Assembly (NCBI GenBank): GCA_963746845.1
Contig: CAVVCZ010000002.1
Location: forward strand, 64,001 to 128,000
Length of the DNA: 64,000 nt
Reading direction: 5' to 3'
Origin: an uncultured Chloroflexia bacterium
GTDB lineage: Bacteria; Chloroflexota; Limnocylindria; Limnocylindrales; CSP1-4
This document shows positions 52,250 through 61,508 of the stretch, one piece after another. The position numbers and the translations under genes were made by a program. Under the pieces are notes generated by a model that did not search any database, had not been told where the DNA came from, and saw only the letters and a list, made by a program, of their open reading frames with translations. Each line of letters starts with the position of its first letter. The first letter of the stretch is position 1.

Positions 52250-53234
52250 TCAGACGGCGGACGGATGCCCGTGGTCGAGCGGCCGCTGCGACCCGATCGC
52301 CGGCGACGCGCAGACCCGCGCGAGCGTCTCGCTGAAGCTGGCCGTCGCGAGGGCGATCACCGTGTCCGCGGCGCCGTAGTACAGGTGCAGACGGTCGTGC
52401 TCCACGTCGTGGACCCAGCCGCACGGGAAGACGACCCGGCCGACGTCGCCGGTGATCTCGTATGGCGCCTCGGGACCGAACACCCAGCTCTCCGTTCGGC
52501 GGATCAGCAGCCCGGGGTCGTCGAGGTCGAGCAGGCCCAGCCCGACCCGGTAGATCGGACCGTCCGACGTCGTCCGGACGCCGTGGTACATCACGAGCCA
52601 GCCCTCGGGCGTCTCGAGCGGCGGCGGGCCGAGGCCCACCTTGCCCGCATCCCACCACGCACCGTCGCGTGCCTCGAGCAGCAGTCGGTGGTCGCCCCAG
52701 TGGCGAAGGTCGGGCGAGTACGACAGCCAGATGTGGGCACCGCCGCGGAGGGGCGAGGGGCGATGGATCATCGCCCAGCGACCCGAAGCGACGCGGGAAC
52801 AGGGCCGCGTCCTTGTCCTCGGGCGGCATGACCGGCCCGAGCCGGGTGACGCTCCGGAAGTCGCGCGTCGTCGCGAGCCCGACGAGGGGGCCGCGCCGGC
52901 TGTACGCGGTGAAGGCGATCGCCCATTCATCGCGCTCCGGCAACCACGTGAGCCGCGGATCCTCGCAGCCCCAGGTCTCCTCGGGATCGTGGTCGACGTC
53001 GGCCTGGAGCAGCGGCTCGGGGTCGAACCGCCAGTCCGACACGCCATCCCGGCTGCGCGCGACGTGGAGCAGGGAGATCCCGCGGAGGTCCTCGACCCGG
53101 ACGAGGAGGATCGTCTCGTCCCCCACGCGGACGGCGCCCGGATTGAAGACCGAGTTCGCCGGATACGGGACGTCGGCGGCGGTCAGGATCGGGTTCGCGG
53201 CATTGCGCCGGAACAGCGGCTCCGGCTGGGTCAT
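52250..53234 (-). CDS. GH130-like glycosidase/phosphorylase (frameshift near 52785)
   Basis: NPIL, VFNPGA, CEDPR, EDKDAALFP, IHRP, YHGV, VVFPCG, YYGAAD. Confidence 0.88.
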
Positions 53235-54326
53235 CGGGAGACGGCCATGACCGGCTCGGCGGCCGCCATGGACCCGGATCGTGGATCGCGGATGTCCCGG
53301 ATGTGCTCGACGGCGATCAACCACATCAGCGTCGACTCCGCTCCTTCATTGAGGTTGACCCCCGTCCGTGTGAGGCCGTCGCGACACGCCCCTCGCGCGG
53401 GGACGGCGACGTCCTCGGAGAGGTCATTGCCACCCAGGAACCACGCATAGCACCGTTCCATCGCGGCGAGCCAGGACGCATCGCCGGTTGCGCCGTAAGC
53501 GGCCTCGGCGGCGAGGAGCAGGGCCGTCGGCTCGATCGGCTGCTGGTCGAACTGCGACATCGTGCCGCCACGTGGCCACCACCCGTTCCCGACCGGTGTG
53601 AGGTGCCCATCGGTCGCGGTCTGCGCGTCGATGAGCCAGTCGAGGACCCGGAGGCCCGCCTCGAGCATCGAGTCGGACGCGAGCGCCCCTCCGGCGACGA
53701 TCATTGCACGTGGGAGCAGCGCATTCTCGTAGGTCACGGAGGACTCCGGCCACGGCCAGGCTCCGCCGACCCGACGCCGGAACCGTGCGTGCATCCGCGC
53801 CGCCAGCAGCTCGAGCATCGCGGCCGAGGAGCCGCCGAGGCGGGACTCCAGCGTGGCGGCACACCCGAGCATCACCGACGCCTGGGCCCGAGGGAACGTG
53901 AGCTCCTTCGCCGCGGGCAGGGCCGCGAGGAAGAGCGTCACGGCCTCGTCGACCAGTCGCGGATCCGGGGCGGCCGCGATCACGTCGCCCAGGGCGAGCA
54001 TCGCCCGCCCATAGCTGTCATCCGAGCCCACGCCGCCGATCCACGATCCATCGATCGACCGGAAGTTGCGGAAGCGGCCGCTGGCGGGATCCGCGGCGTC
54101 GTGGAGGAACCGCAGGCCCCGCGACGCGCTCTGCGGCCACGGCGGCCCAGCCGAGCCGGTTCGCGTGCAGCAGATCCACCTGGAGCGCGCGGGCCACGTC
54201 GTCGACGCAGTACCCGTGGGCCGGATCGGGCCGGGACCCGATCGCATGCTGGTGGATCCCGACGTCGTCCGTCAGGACGTCGAGGTGGTGCCGGTTGACG
54301 GGATGGAGCGGTGCCCGGTCAGACAC
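53231..54326 (-). CDS. Glycosyltransferase-associated protein, probable (alpha/alpha) barrel (frameshift near 54135)
   Basis: LTDDVGIHQHA, GYCVDD.ARAL, FRNF, YENA, FDQQPIE, DGL....N.NEGAES. Confidence 0.82.
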
Positions 54327-55482
54327 CCGCGGCCGCCAGGACGGCCGGCCGCGCGAAGGTTCGCATCGGGGCGGCCACCCGGGCGAACAGGTCGCCGTAC
54401 TCGGCCCCGATCGCGGACCAGACCATCCGGCGACTATAGGCATACGCGCGGCGACCGATGGCCGATCGCAGCCCGGCGTCGCCGAGCACCTCGTTCAGCC
54501 CGGCGGCCATGCTCGCGGGCGATCCCGGCTGCACGAGGACCCCGCGTCCGTCCGCCAGGAGCTCGCGGGCGTAGGCGTACGGCGTCGAGACGATGGCTCG
54601 CCCGGCGCCCATGGCGTAGGAGAGGGTCCCGGACACGATCTGGTCGAGATTGGGATAGGGCGTGACGAAGACGTCCGCCGCCTCGAGCCACTGGGTCAGC
54701 TCGATCCGACCGACGAAGCGATCGACGAACCGGACGTGCCCCTCGAGGCCCAGCCGACTGACGGTGTCGAGCAGGCTCCGCCGATAGGACTCGCCCTGGC
54801 TGCGGATCAGGTCGGGGTGGGTCGCGCCGACCACGACGTACAGGGCGGTGGGATGGGCCGCGACGACGGCGGGCAGGGCGGCGAGCGCGAGCTCGTAGCC
54901 CTTGCCGGGGCCAAGCAATCCGAAGCTCAGGATGACCTTCCGTCCGTCGACGCCGAGACCGGGCTTGACCGTTTCCGAGTCGACGAGCGGCAGATCCGGG
55001 ACGCCGTGCGGGATCACGTGCAGGCGGTCGCGGTCGACCCCGTACGCGCTCGTCATGAGCGCCGCCGCCGACTGCGACATGACCACGGTCGCCGCCGTCC
55101 GGGCAACGAGGTCCGTGAGCAGCGCCCGCTGACGTGTCGTCGGGTGCTCCAGGACCGTGTGCAGCGTGGCGACGGCCGGGACGTCGAGCGCGCCGACGAA
55201 GTCGATCACGTGAGAGCCGTCGTCCCCGCCCCAGATGCCGTATTCGTGCTGGACCGAGACGACATCGACGCAGGCGGCCAGCTCACGGGCCGTCCGCACA
55301 TGGTCGTCCTGCTCGTGCTTGCGAATCCGGTGATGAACTTCGAGCGGATAGGCGGCCGACGCCTGCTCCGGCGGGTGCAGGGCCACGATCTCGCGATTGG
55401 TCGTGCTCGCGGCAAGGTCGTGGGTGAATGCGGCGATCCCGCAGTGGCGTGGCGGATACGTGGAAACAAACGCGGTGCGCAC
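54319..55482 (-). CDS. GT4 family glycosyltransferase
   Basis: STYPPRHCGIA.F, QHEYGIWGG, IPHG, FGLL.PGKG.E, SGTLSYA. Confidence 0.92.
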   Translation of the reverse strand: MRTAFVSTYPPRHCGIAAFTHDLAASTTNREIVALHPPEQASAAYPLEVHHRIRKHEQDDHVRTARELAACVDVVSVQHEYGIWGGDDGSHVIDFVGALDVPAVATLHTVLEHPTTRQRALLTDLVARTAATVVMSQSAAALMTSAYGVDRDRLHVIPHGVPDLPLVDSETVKPGLGVDGRKVILSFGLLGPGKGYELALAALPAVVAAHPTALYVVVGATHPDLIRSQGESYRRSLLDTVSRLGLEGHVRFVDRFVGRIELTQWLEAADVFVTPYPNLDQIVSGTLSYAMGAGRAIVSTPYAYARELLADGRGVLVQPGSPASMAAGLNEVLGDAGLRSAIGRRAYAYSRRMVWSAIGAEYGDLFARVAAPMRTFARPAVLAAAGV

Positions 55483-55559
55483 GATGGCGTGGCTCCTTTC
55501 GGGGCCCCCGACTCGCTGCGCGGATTGATCCCGGACCCGGACGCGCGGTGCAGAGGGCG

Positions 55560-55584
55560 TGGCCCGCCGCGAGGCGGCGGGCCA
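55560..55584 (-). terminator. Hairpin downstream of the cold-shock gene
   Basis: TGGCCCGCCGC-GAG-GCGGCGGGCCA. Confidence 0.6.
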
Positions 55585-55591
55585 TCGGGCG

Positions 55592-55795
55592 CTAGGCGGA
55601 TCGCACCTGGGTCGCGCGCGGGCCCTTCGGGCTCGCCTCGATCTCGAACTGGACGTGCTCGCCGCCGACGAGGCGGTCGAAATCGAGAGAGGCGTCGAGG
55701 CCACCACGATGGAAGAAGTATTCCTTCGAGTCCTCGGCGGCGATGAAGCCGAAGCCGCGGTCGGCGACGATCTTCTTGATGGTTCCGGCGGTCAT
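55592..55795 (-). CDS. csp: Cold shock domain protein
   Basis: GTIKK..ADRGFGFI, FFH, KGPRA..V; GGAGG RBS. Confidence 0.93.
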   Translation of the reverse strand: MTAGTIKKIVADRGFGFIAAEDSKEYFFHRGGLDASLDFDRLVGGEHVQFEIEASPKGPRATQVRSA

Positions 55796-55936
55796 GGTGA
55801 CCTCCCAGGACTTCCCGAACACCGATTGCAGATCGCACGGCCCGTTCGAAAAGGGGTCGACCACGCGGAGCCGTCGCACAGACGCAACGGCACCAAGCCT
55901 AGCACAAATGTTCGATCATGGGCGTCCGGGCCCGGG

Positions 55937-56550
55937 TCATCCCGCCGCCCAGGCCTGTCCGTCGCCGAGCGCCAGCGCCCGAAGCGCGTCCAGACGCGTC
56001 CGGGCGTCCCATGCGGTGACCCTCGCCACCTCCGCGACACCGAGGCCCAGGCCGCGGTCTTCCGAGATCCGACCTTCGAGCGTCCGGGTGGCGCCGTCGA
56101 GGGCCTCCCAATCGTCTCGGAAGCTCGCCCGCGCGATCTGGGCGGGAAACGCCGGGCCCCGAGGGAACGCCGCGTTGGCGGCGTCGACGATGCTGACGCT
56201 CTCGGCAAGCGTCGTGGTCATCGGTGGGTTGGACGGCATGTCGTGCGGGTCGCCCGCGTTCCCGATCAACCCGATCCGGACCAGCCGCCCGGACCGGCCG
56301 TGCGTGAACTGCCGGAAGACCATGGCGACCGTCCACATCAGGACGTCGAGCGCGGCCAGGATCGCGACATAGATTGGCACGTAGACCAACCCTCGGAACC
56401 GGCCGGCATCGGCGGGCATGGTCAGCGCGGCGAAGACGATGGGTGGCAGGAGCACGAACAGGACCAGGAAGACTTGCCGGCCTCGGCCATCGGGAAGCGG
56501 CGTTCGACCGAGGTGGAGCCGGATCAGCCGCATGGCCACCAGCCCGGTCA
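55937..56550 (-). CDS. Hypothetical membrane protein (start uncertain, possibly up to 56704)
   Basis: Three TM helices followed by a helical soluble tail. Confidence 0.6.
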
Positions 56551-56717
56551 TGGCGACAACCCCGAGAAGGACCAACTGCGGAAGCGGCACGGCGAGCAAC
56601 CTTTCGCCCGGGCGAGCGTTCGGGTCGTCACTCTTGCAAGCGGGGTCCACGAGACCACCGCCGGGAGACGCATCGGGTCCACCTCGGTGCCTCCAGTGAA
56701 CCACGTGGACACTCTGG

Positions 56718-56749
56718 TGTCAACTGTAGGTTCCATCATCAACTGTAGG
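56718..56749. promoter_or_regulatory. Second copy of the XRE-associated direct-repeat motif
   Basis: TGTCAACTGTAGGTTCCATCATCAACTGTAGG is the reverse complement of 45081-45112 with 2 mismatches. Confidence 0.75.
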
Positions 56750-56834
56750 CGACACGGATCGCGGGGACGTCCGCACCCGACACGATGCCCCGGACCGGGT
56801 GGGACACTTCGGCATCGAGGGGCATCTACCTCGC

Positions 56835-57395
56835 ATGTCGGACATCGCCGTGCAGGACGGGACAGCTCGAAGCGCGACCGCTCTCGACGCGACCGTGCGG
56901 CTTGCCGCCCGCGGCGACGAGGCTGCCTTCGATCGGCTCGTCTCCGAGCACCACGCGGCGATGTCTCGCGTCGCCTTCGTGATCTGCGGCGACGCCGAGG
57001 TCACGCGTGACGTCGTCCAGACCGCCTGGTCGACTGCCTGGCGTCGCCTGCACACGTTGCGCGACCCCGAGCAGGTCCACGCCTGGCTGATCGCGATCGC
57101 GGCGAACGAGGCGCGCCAGTCGCTCCGCCGCCAGCGCCGGCGTCCGGTCGTCGACATCTCCGACGCCCTGGACCACGGCGCCGGCGGCGATCCCGCCGAC
57201 ACGATCGATCTCGTCGACCTGCAACGGGCGCTCAGCCGCGTGAGCCCGGACGACCGACGGCTCCTGGCCCTCCGGTTCGTCGCGGGGTTCGATTCGACCG
57301 AGATCGCCCGCCAGATCGGCGGCTCGGCCTCCGGCGTCCGGAGCCGCCTCGCGCGGCTCATCGATCGACTGCGAACGGACATCGACCATGGATGA
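56835..57395 (+). CDS. ECF RNA polymerase sigma factor
   Basis: AARGDEAAF, DVVQTAW, WLIAIAANEAR, SGVRSRLAR; close paralog of 41668-42222. Confidence 0.92.
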   Translation: MSDIAVQDGTARSATALDATVRLAARGDEAAFDRLVSEHHAAMSRVAFVICGDAEVTRDVVQTAWSTAWRRLHTLRDPEQVHAWLIAIAANEARQSLRRQRRRPVVDISDALDHGAGGDPADTIDLVDLQRALSRVSPDDRRLLALRFVAGFDSTEIARQIGGSASGVRSRLARLIDRLRTDIDHG

Positions 57396-59793
57396 GCGGA
57401 TGAGCTTCGAAGCGCGCCTCGCCGACGCATTCGCCCGGTACGCCGACCTGGCGCCGGTCGCGGTCGACGGCTCGATCGCCGCAACCGCGATCGCGGCCGG
57501 CGGACGGCGCGGGTTCACGATGCCGTGGCCGCGAACTCGACGAGCGGTCGTCTGGGCGACCCTTGCCCTGCTCCTCGTGGCGCTCCTCGCCGCGCTCGCG
57601 GTCGGGGCGCTCGTGAGCCGGCACGACCGGCTGCCGGGTGCCTTCAGCCAGGCCGGTCCGAGCCAGATCCAGTTCGTCTCGGCGACCGCCCTCCTCGGCG
57701 ACGGCCGGGTTCTCGTCCTTGGAGAGAACGGCTACGCGGCGGACAATTCGTCGATCCCCGCCCGCGTGGAGCTGTTCGACCCTCGTACGTCGACGTTCGC
57801 GCCAACCGGCTCGATGGCCGCCCCGCGGTACAACGTCACGGCGACGACGCTCCGCGACGGGCGTGTCCTGGTCGCGGGCGGCGCCTGGACACCGCCTGGC
57901 GCGGGCGAGACCTCCGTCGCGACGGCCGAGCTCTACGACCCCCGAACCGGGTCATTCACGCCGACCGGGAGCATGGGTACCCGGCGCAGCCAGCACACCG
58001 CCACGCTGCTGGCCGACGGACGCGTCCTCGTGCTTGGCGGGATGACGTCGACGAACTCCGAGACGGCCTACATCTACACCGCGGAGATCTACGACCCCGC
58101 GACCGGGGTCTGGACCGCGGTCGGCTCGATGCGGGAGCACCGGTTCCTGTACTCGGCGACGCTCCTCCTCGATGGCCGCGTGCTCGTGGCAGGTGGCTGG
58201 GACGAGAACGGCAACGACCTGCGGTCGGTCGAGCTGTTCGATTCGTCCAGCGGCACCTTCCGGGACGGCGGGGAGATGACCGGCAACCGGCGCAACCAAG
58301 GCGCCGCCCTCCTGCCCGATGGCCGCGTGCTGCTCGTCGGCGGCGCGACCGGGAACTTCGACAGCTCCTCGGCGGAGCTGTACGACCCGGCGACGGGCCG
58401 CTCTGTTCTGACGGGCTCCCTGATCACCGGCAGGAGCGACGAATCGGCCACGATGCTCGCGGATGGTCGCGTCCTGATCGCGGGCGGCTGGAACGCGATC
58501 GGCAACCCCTTGAGCAGCGAGATCTATGACCCGGCCGCCGGCACGTTCCTGCGGGCGGCATCGGCAGCCAGCGATCACAGCCGGGTCGCGGTCCGTCTCA
58601 ACGATGGTCGCGTCCTGGTCCCGGGCTCGCGCAACGAGATCTTCGATCCGCTCGCCTCCACAGACGTGGCACCGGTCGCGCCTCGCCGGGACCGGACGTT
58701 CGTCCCGACGGGTCGCGCGCTCTACGACCGCACCGGCCATGTGGCGATGAGGCTGGCCGACGGCCGGGTGCTGCTCGTGGGCGGCCGCGAGTCGCGCGAC
58801 GGGGCCTTCGAGGACAACCGAGGGGGACCGAGCGCGGACGTCTTCGATCCGAGCGCCGGCTCGTTCAAGTGGATCGGCCCATTCGCATCCGGGGGCCAGC
58901 CCCAGGTCAGCAGCACCGTCCAGCTCCCCGACGGCCGCGTGCTGGCGCTGGCCCAGCAGCACGTCCATCGCCAGGGTCCCATCTGGGAGATCTACTCGTT
59001 CGATCCGGCGACCGGACACGTCTCGTTCGATGGCCAGATCGCCTCGGAGGCCGAGGTGGAGCGGTCCGTCCGCATGGTCGAGCTGTCGGACGCACGCGTC
59101 CTCGTCCTTGGCGCACCTCTGACGCCGCAGGCGATCCCGAACGAAGACATGGTCGTGTATCGGCTCGATCGGTCGCCAGAGCCTTCGACGATCGTCCACT
59201 CGGCCGACAGTCTCACGAAGATCGGCGACCTCCCGGGCTGCGGCAACATCACGGACGTCGTGGTCGGCGCGGGGGACCGGGTCGCCGTCGCCTGCCTCGC
59301 TCCCGATGCCGCCATCTCGTCGCTCTTCCTGTTCGACCCGTCGACGGGTGCCACGACGCGGCTTGACGCTCCACTCGGTGTGGGCCCCGCGGTCCTTGCT
59401 CGCCTCGCGGACGGTCGCGTTCTGGCAGCGGCGGGCTCCGGGACGACCAGCCTCCTGATCGTCGACGTTTCGACGGGCGCCTCGACGATGGTCGGCTCGA
59501 CGGTGATTGCCGCGCGCGATCCGTCCGCGTCGCCGACGGCGCCGGGGATGACCTTGACGCTCCTGGCAGACGGCCGTGTCCTGATCCTCAGCGGCATCGA
59601 CGCGAGCGTCTTCGATCCCGCCACGAACGACGTCCGTCAGGTGCCCGGACCTACGGCGTTGCGGATGGGCCAGACCGCGACGCTCCTCGACGACGGTCGG
59701 GTCCTCGTGTTCGGCGGGACGACCTGGCCGGCCGACACCGGCGTGCCCACGCCCCCGAGCGCAGAGATCTTCGATCCCGCCGCGATCCCCTGA
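57388..59793 (+). CDS. Membrane-anchored kelch-repeat anti-sigma-like protein
   Basis: FEARLADAF, TM helix, many HTATLL.DGRVLV.GG...AE.YDP repeats. Confidence 0.9.
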   Translation: MDERMSFEARLADAFARYADLAPVAVDGSIAATAIAAGGRRGFTMPWPRTRRAVVWATLALLLVALLAALAVGALVSRHDRLPGAFSQAGPSQIQFVSATALLGDGRVLVLGENGYAADNSSIPARVELFDPRTSTFAPTGSMAAPRYNVTATTLRDGRVLVAGGAWTPPGAGETSVATAELYDPRTGSFTPTGSMGTRRSQHTATLLADGRVLVLGGMTSTNSETAYIYTAEIYDPATGVWTAVGSMREHRFLYSATLLLDGRVLVAGGWDENGNDLRSVELFDSSSGTFRDGGEMTGNRRNQGAALLPDGRVLLVGGATGNFDSSSAELYDPATGRSVLTGSLITGRSDESATMLADGRVLIAGGWNAIGNPLSSEIYDPAAGTFLRAASAASDHSRVAVRLNDGRVLVPGSRNEIFDPLASTDVAPVAPRRDRTFVPTGRALYDRTGHVAMRLADGRVLLVGGRESRDGAFEDNRGGPSADVFDPSAGSFKWIGPFASGGQPQVSSTVQLPDGRVLALAQQHVHRQGPIWEIYSFDPATGHVSFDGQIASEAEVERSVRMVELSDARVLVLGAPLTPQAIPNEDMVVYRLDRSPEPSTIVHSADSLTKIGDLPGCGNITDVVVGAGDRVAVACLAPDAAISSLFLFDPSTGATTRLDAPLGVGPAVLARLADGRVLAAAGSGTTSLLIVDVSTGASTMVGSTVIAARDPSASPTAPGMTLTLLADGRVLILSGIDASVFDPATNDVRQVPGPTALRMGQTATLLDDGRVLVFGGTTWPADTGVPTPPSAEIFDPAAIP

Positions 59794-59930
59794 GGCCGCT
59801 CGCCGAGGCCCGGGTCAGCCCGCAGGCGGTCTCGCTGTCCGATGGCCGAGTCCTCGTGGTGGCCGGTTCGACCGACGCCAACGGAAAGCTGTCGTTCGCG
59901 ACCGCCGAGCTGTTCGACCCCGGATCCTGA
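59794..59930 (+). pseudogene. Orphan kelch-repeat C-terminal fragment
   Basis: Out-of-frame PLAEARVSPQAVSLSDGRVLVVAGSTDANGKLSFATAELFDPGS* directly after the stop codon. Confidence 0.65.
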
Positions 59931-60015
59931 TCGCCGCATGGGCGGTCGCCGAGGCCCGTCGGGTAGGCTGATGCGACCGCCGAACCGTTGCGGACCCGCG
60001 GATGCCGGAGACCCG

Positions 60016-60399
60016 ATGCCGAACCTCGTGGAGCTCGCCGAGATCACCCCGATCCAGGTCTGGGAGGACGTCGTCGCCCGTCGCGTCGAGGGCGAGAAGG
60101 TGACCCTCGCCGTCGTCGAGCTCGCGCCGGACTCCGTCGTGCCGGAACATCGCCACCCGAACGAGCAGTGCGGCATCGTCATCGAGGGCGAGTTGACGTT
60201 CCGGATCGGTGGGGAGGTCCGGCAGCTCGGACCCGGCGGAACCTGGCGGATCCTCTCCGACGTGCCGCACGAGGTCCACACGGGTCCAGCCGGCGCCGTC
60301 GTCATCGACGTGTTCGCGCCCGCGCGCGAGGACTGGGACGACCGGCCGACCGTCGGCACGGCGGAATCGCCGGCGGTCCCGGTCTGGCCGCGCGGTTGA
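60016..60399 (+). CDS. Cupin domain protein
   Basis: VPEHRHPNEQ.G.V.EG, VPH.V, DVFAP.REDW. Confidence 0.92.
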   Translation: MPNLVELAEITPIQVWEDVVARRVEGEKVTLAVVELAPDSVVPEHRHPNEQCGIVIEGELTFRIGGEVRQLGPGGTWRILSDVPHEVHTGPAGAVVIDVFAPAREDWDDRPTVGTAESPAVPVWPRG

Positions 60400-60457
60400 T
60401 CAGGATGGTGGCACCGCGGCCGGGGAACAGATCTCGTGCCATGATCGTCGCGGCGTC

Positions 60458-60901
60458 ATGAACCGAACTACGCAACCCATCGCTCTCGCCGCCGCCGTCC
60501 TGATGGCATCGATCCTCGTCGCCTGCTCCGGCGCGGCCGCACCGACCGCCGCTCCGTCGGGCGCCGGCCCGACGACACCGAGCCGAGGCGCCGCATCGCC
60601 GAGCGGACCCACCGGTGCGATCACGACCGCAGACGCCGCCGTCGCCGCCGTCCAGGCGCTCGACCCGCGGTTCGCCCTGGTCGAGCCGTACAACCCGGAC
60701 ATGATCGGTCAGTGCTGCTTCTCCAAGGTCGCGACCACCGCCGATGGCTGGACCGTGACGATCGAGATCGGCTGGGGGGACTGCCAGGCCGGCTGTATCG
60801 CCCGGCACCAGTGGGTCTTTGCCGTCACGCGCGACGGCGTGGTGACGCAGACGGGTGAGACGGGGCCGCCCGTCCCGTCCGGCGTCCCCGCCGGCGCCTG
60901 A
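60458..60901 (+). CDS. Small Cys-rich lipoprotein
   Basis: Lipobox LVAC; GQCC, GWGDCQAGCI.RH.W. Confidence 0.8.
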   Translation: MNRTTQPIALAAAVLMASILVACSGAAAPTAAPSGAGPTTPSRGAASPSGPTGAITTADAAVAAVQALDPRFALVEPYNPDMIGQCCFSKVATTADGWTVTIEIGWGDCQAGCIARHQWVFAVTRDGVVTQTGETGPPVPSGVPAGA

Positions 60902-60990
60902 CGGACTCCTCCGCGGGGAGCGAACGGCTTCCCGTCCGAGGTACGAATGGGCGATGGCTTCCCGGGCCCTGACCGCTCAACCTTCACGCC

Positions 60991-61218
60991 ATGAAGAAGC
61001 GCCTGCTCGTGTCGGCCCTGTGGTTCTTCGCGATGTGGAACGTCGGTGCGCTCATCGCGGACCTCTTCGGCTTCTCGCAGGCCCTCGCGCCGATCCTCGG
61101 GGTCGCGGCCGCGCTGATCATCGGCGTCGACCCGCGCGGGATCCTGTGGAACGTCCCCGCGAAGGAGACCGCGAAGGCCCCGCAGGCCCGGATCGACACG
61201 ATCCAGACGCAGGTCTGA
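60991..61218 (+). CDS. Small two-TM membrane protein
   Basis: MKKR....LWFF..W...DP..I.W; paralog of the next gene. Confidence 0.7.
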   Translation: MKKRLLVSALWFFAMWNVGALIADLFGFSQALAPILGVAAALIIGVDPRGILWNVPAKETAKAPQARIDTIQTQV

Positions 61219-61239
61219 GCGAGCGAAGGAGCAGGGTCC

Positions 61240-61479
61240 ATGACGAAGCGAGCCGCCGCGGCGATCCTGTGGTTCTTCGCCGGCTGGTATGCGGTGGCCC
61301 TCGTGGCCATGCTGCTCGGTCTCTCGCCGTTCCTCGGACCCGTCGGCGGAACGATCGCTGCGGCGCTGGTCGCCGGTGACCCCTTCCACCTGATCTGGAA
61401 GCCGCGTCCGTCCCCACGCAGCGAGGCCGCGGGCACCGCCGCGGCAATCGGCGTCGAGTCCGCTCAGACGACTGTCTGA
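61240..61479 (+). CDS. Small two-TM membrane protein
   Basis: MTKR....LWFF..W...DP...IW; AAGGAG RBS. Confidence 0.7.
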   Translation: MTKRAAAAILWFFAGWYAVALVAMLLGLSPFLGPVGGTIAAALVAGDPFHLIWKPRPSPRSEAAGTAAAIGVESAQTTV

Positions 61480-61508
61480 GCCGGGTCACCGCTCGGCGGC
61501 GACCCCCT

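Noticed and set aside
39300-59790. Kelch repeats as diversity-generating retroelement TR/VR pairs
   Set aside because: No reverse transcriptase in the window, and the differences between repeats are not visibly adenine-specific.
60902-60990. Riboswitch upstream of the small membrane proteins
   Set aside because: Only short GC-rich hairpins; no aptamer consensus that I can recognise.
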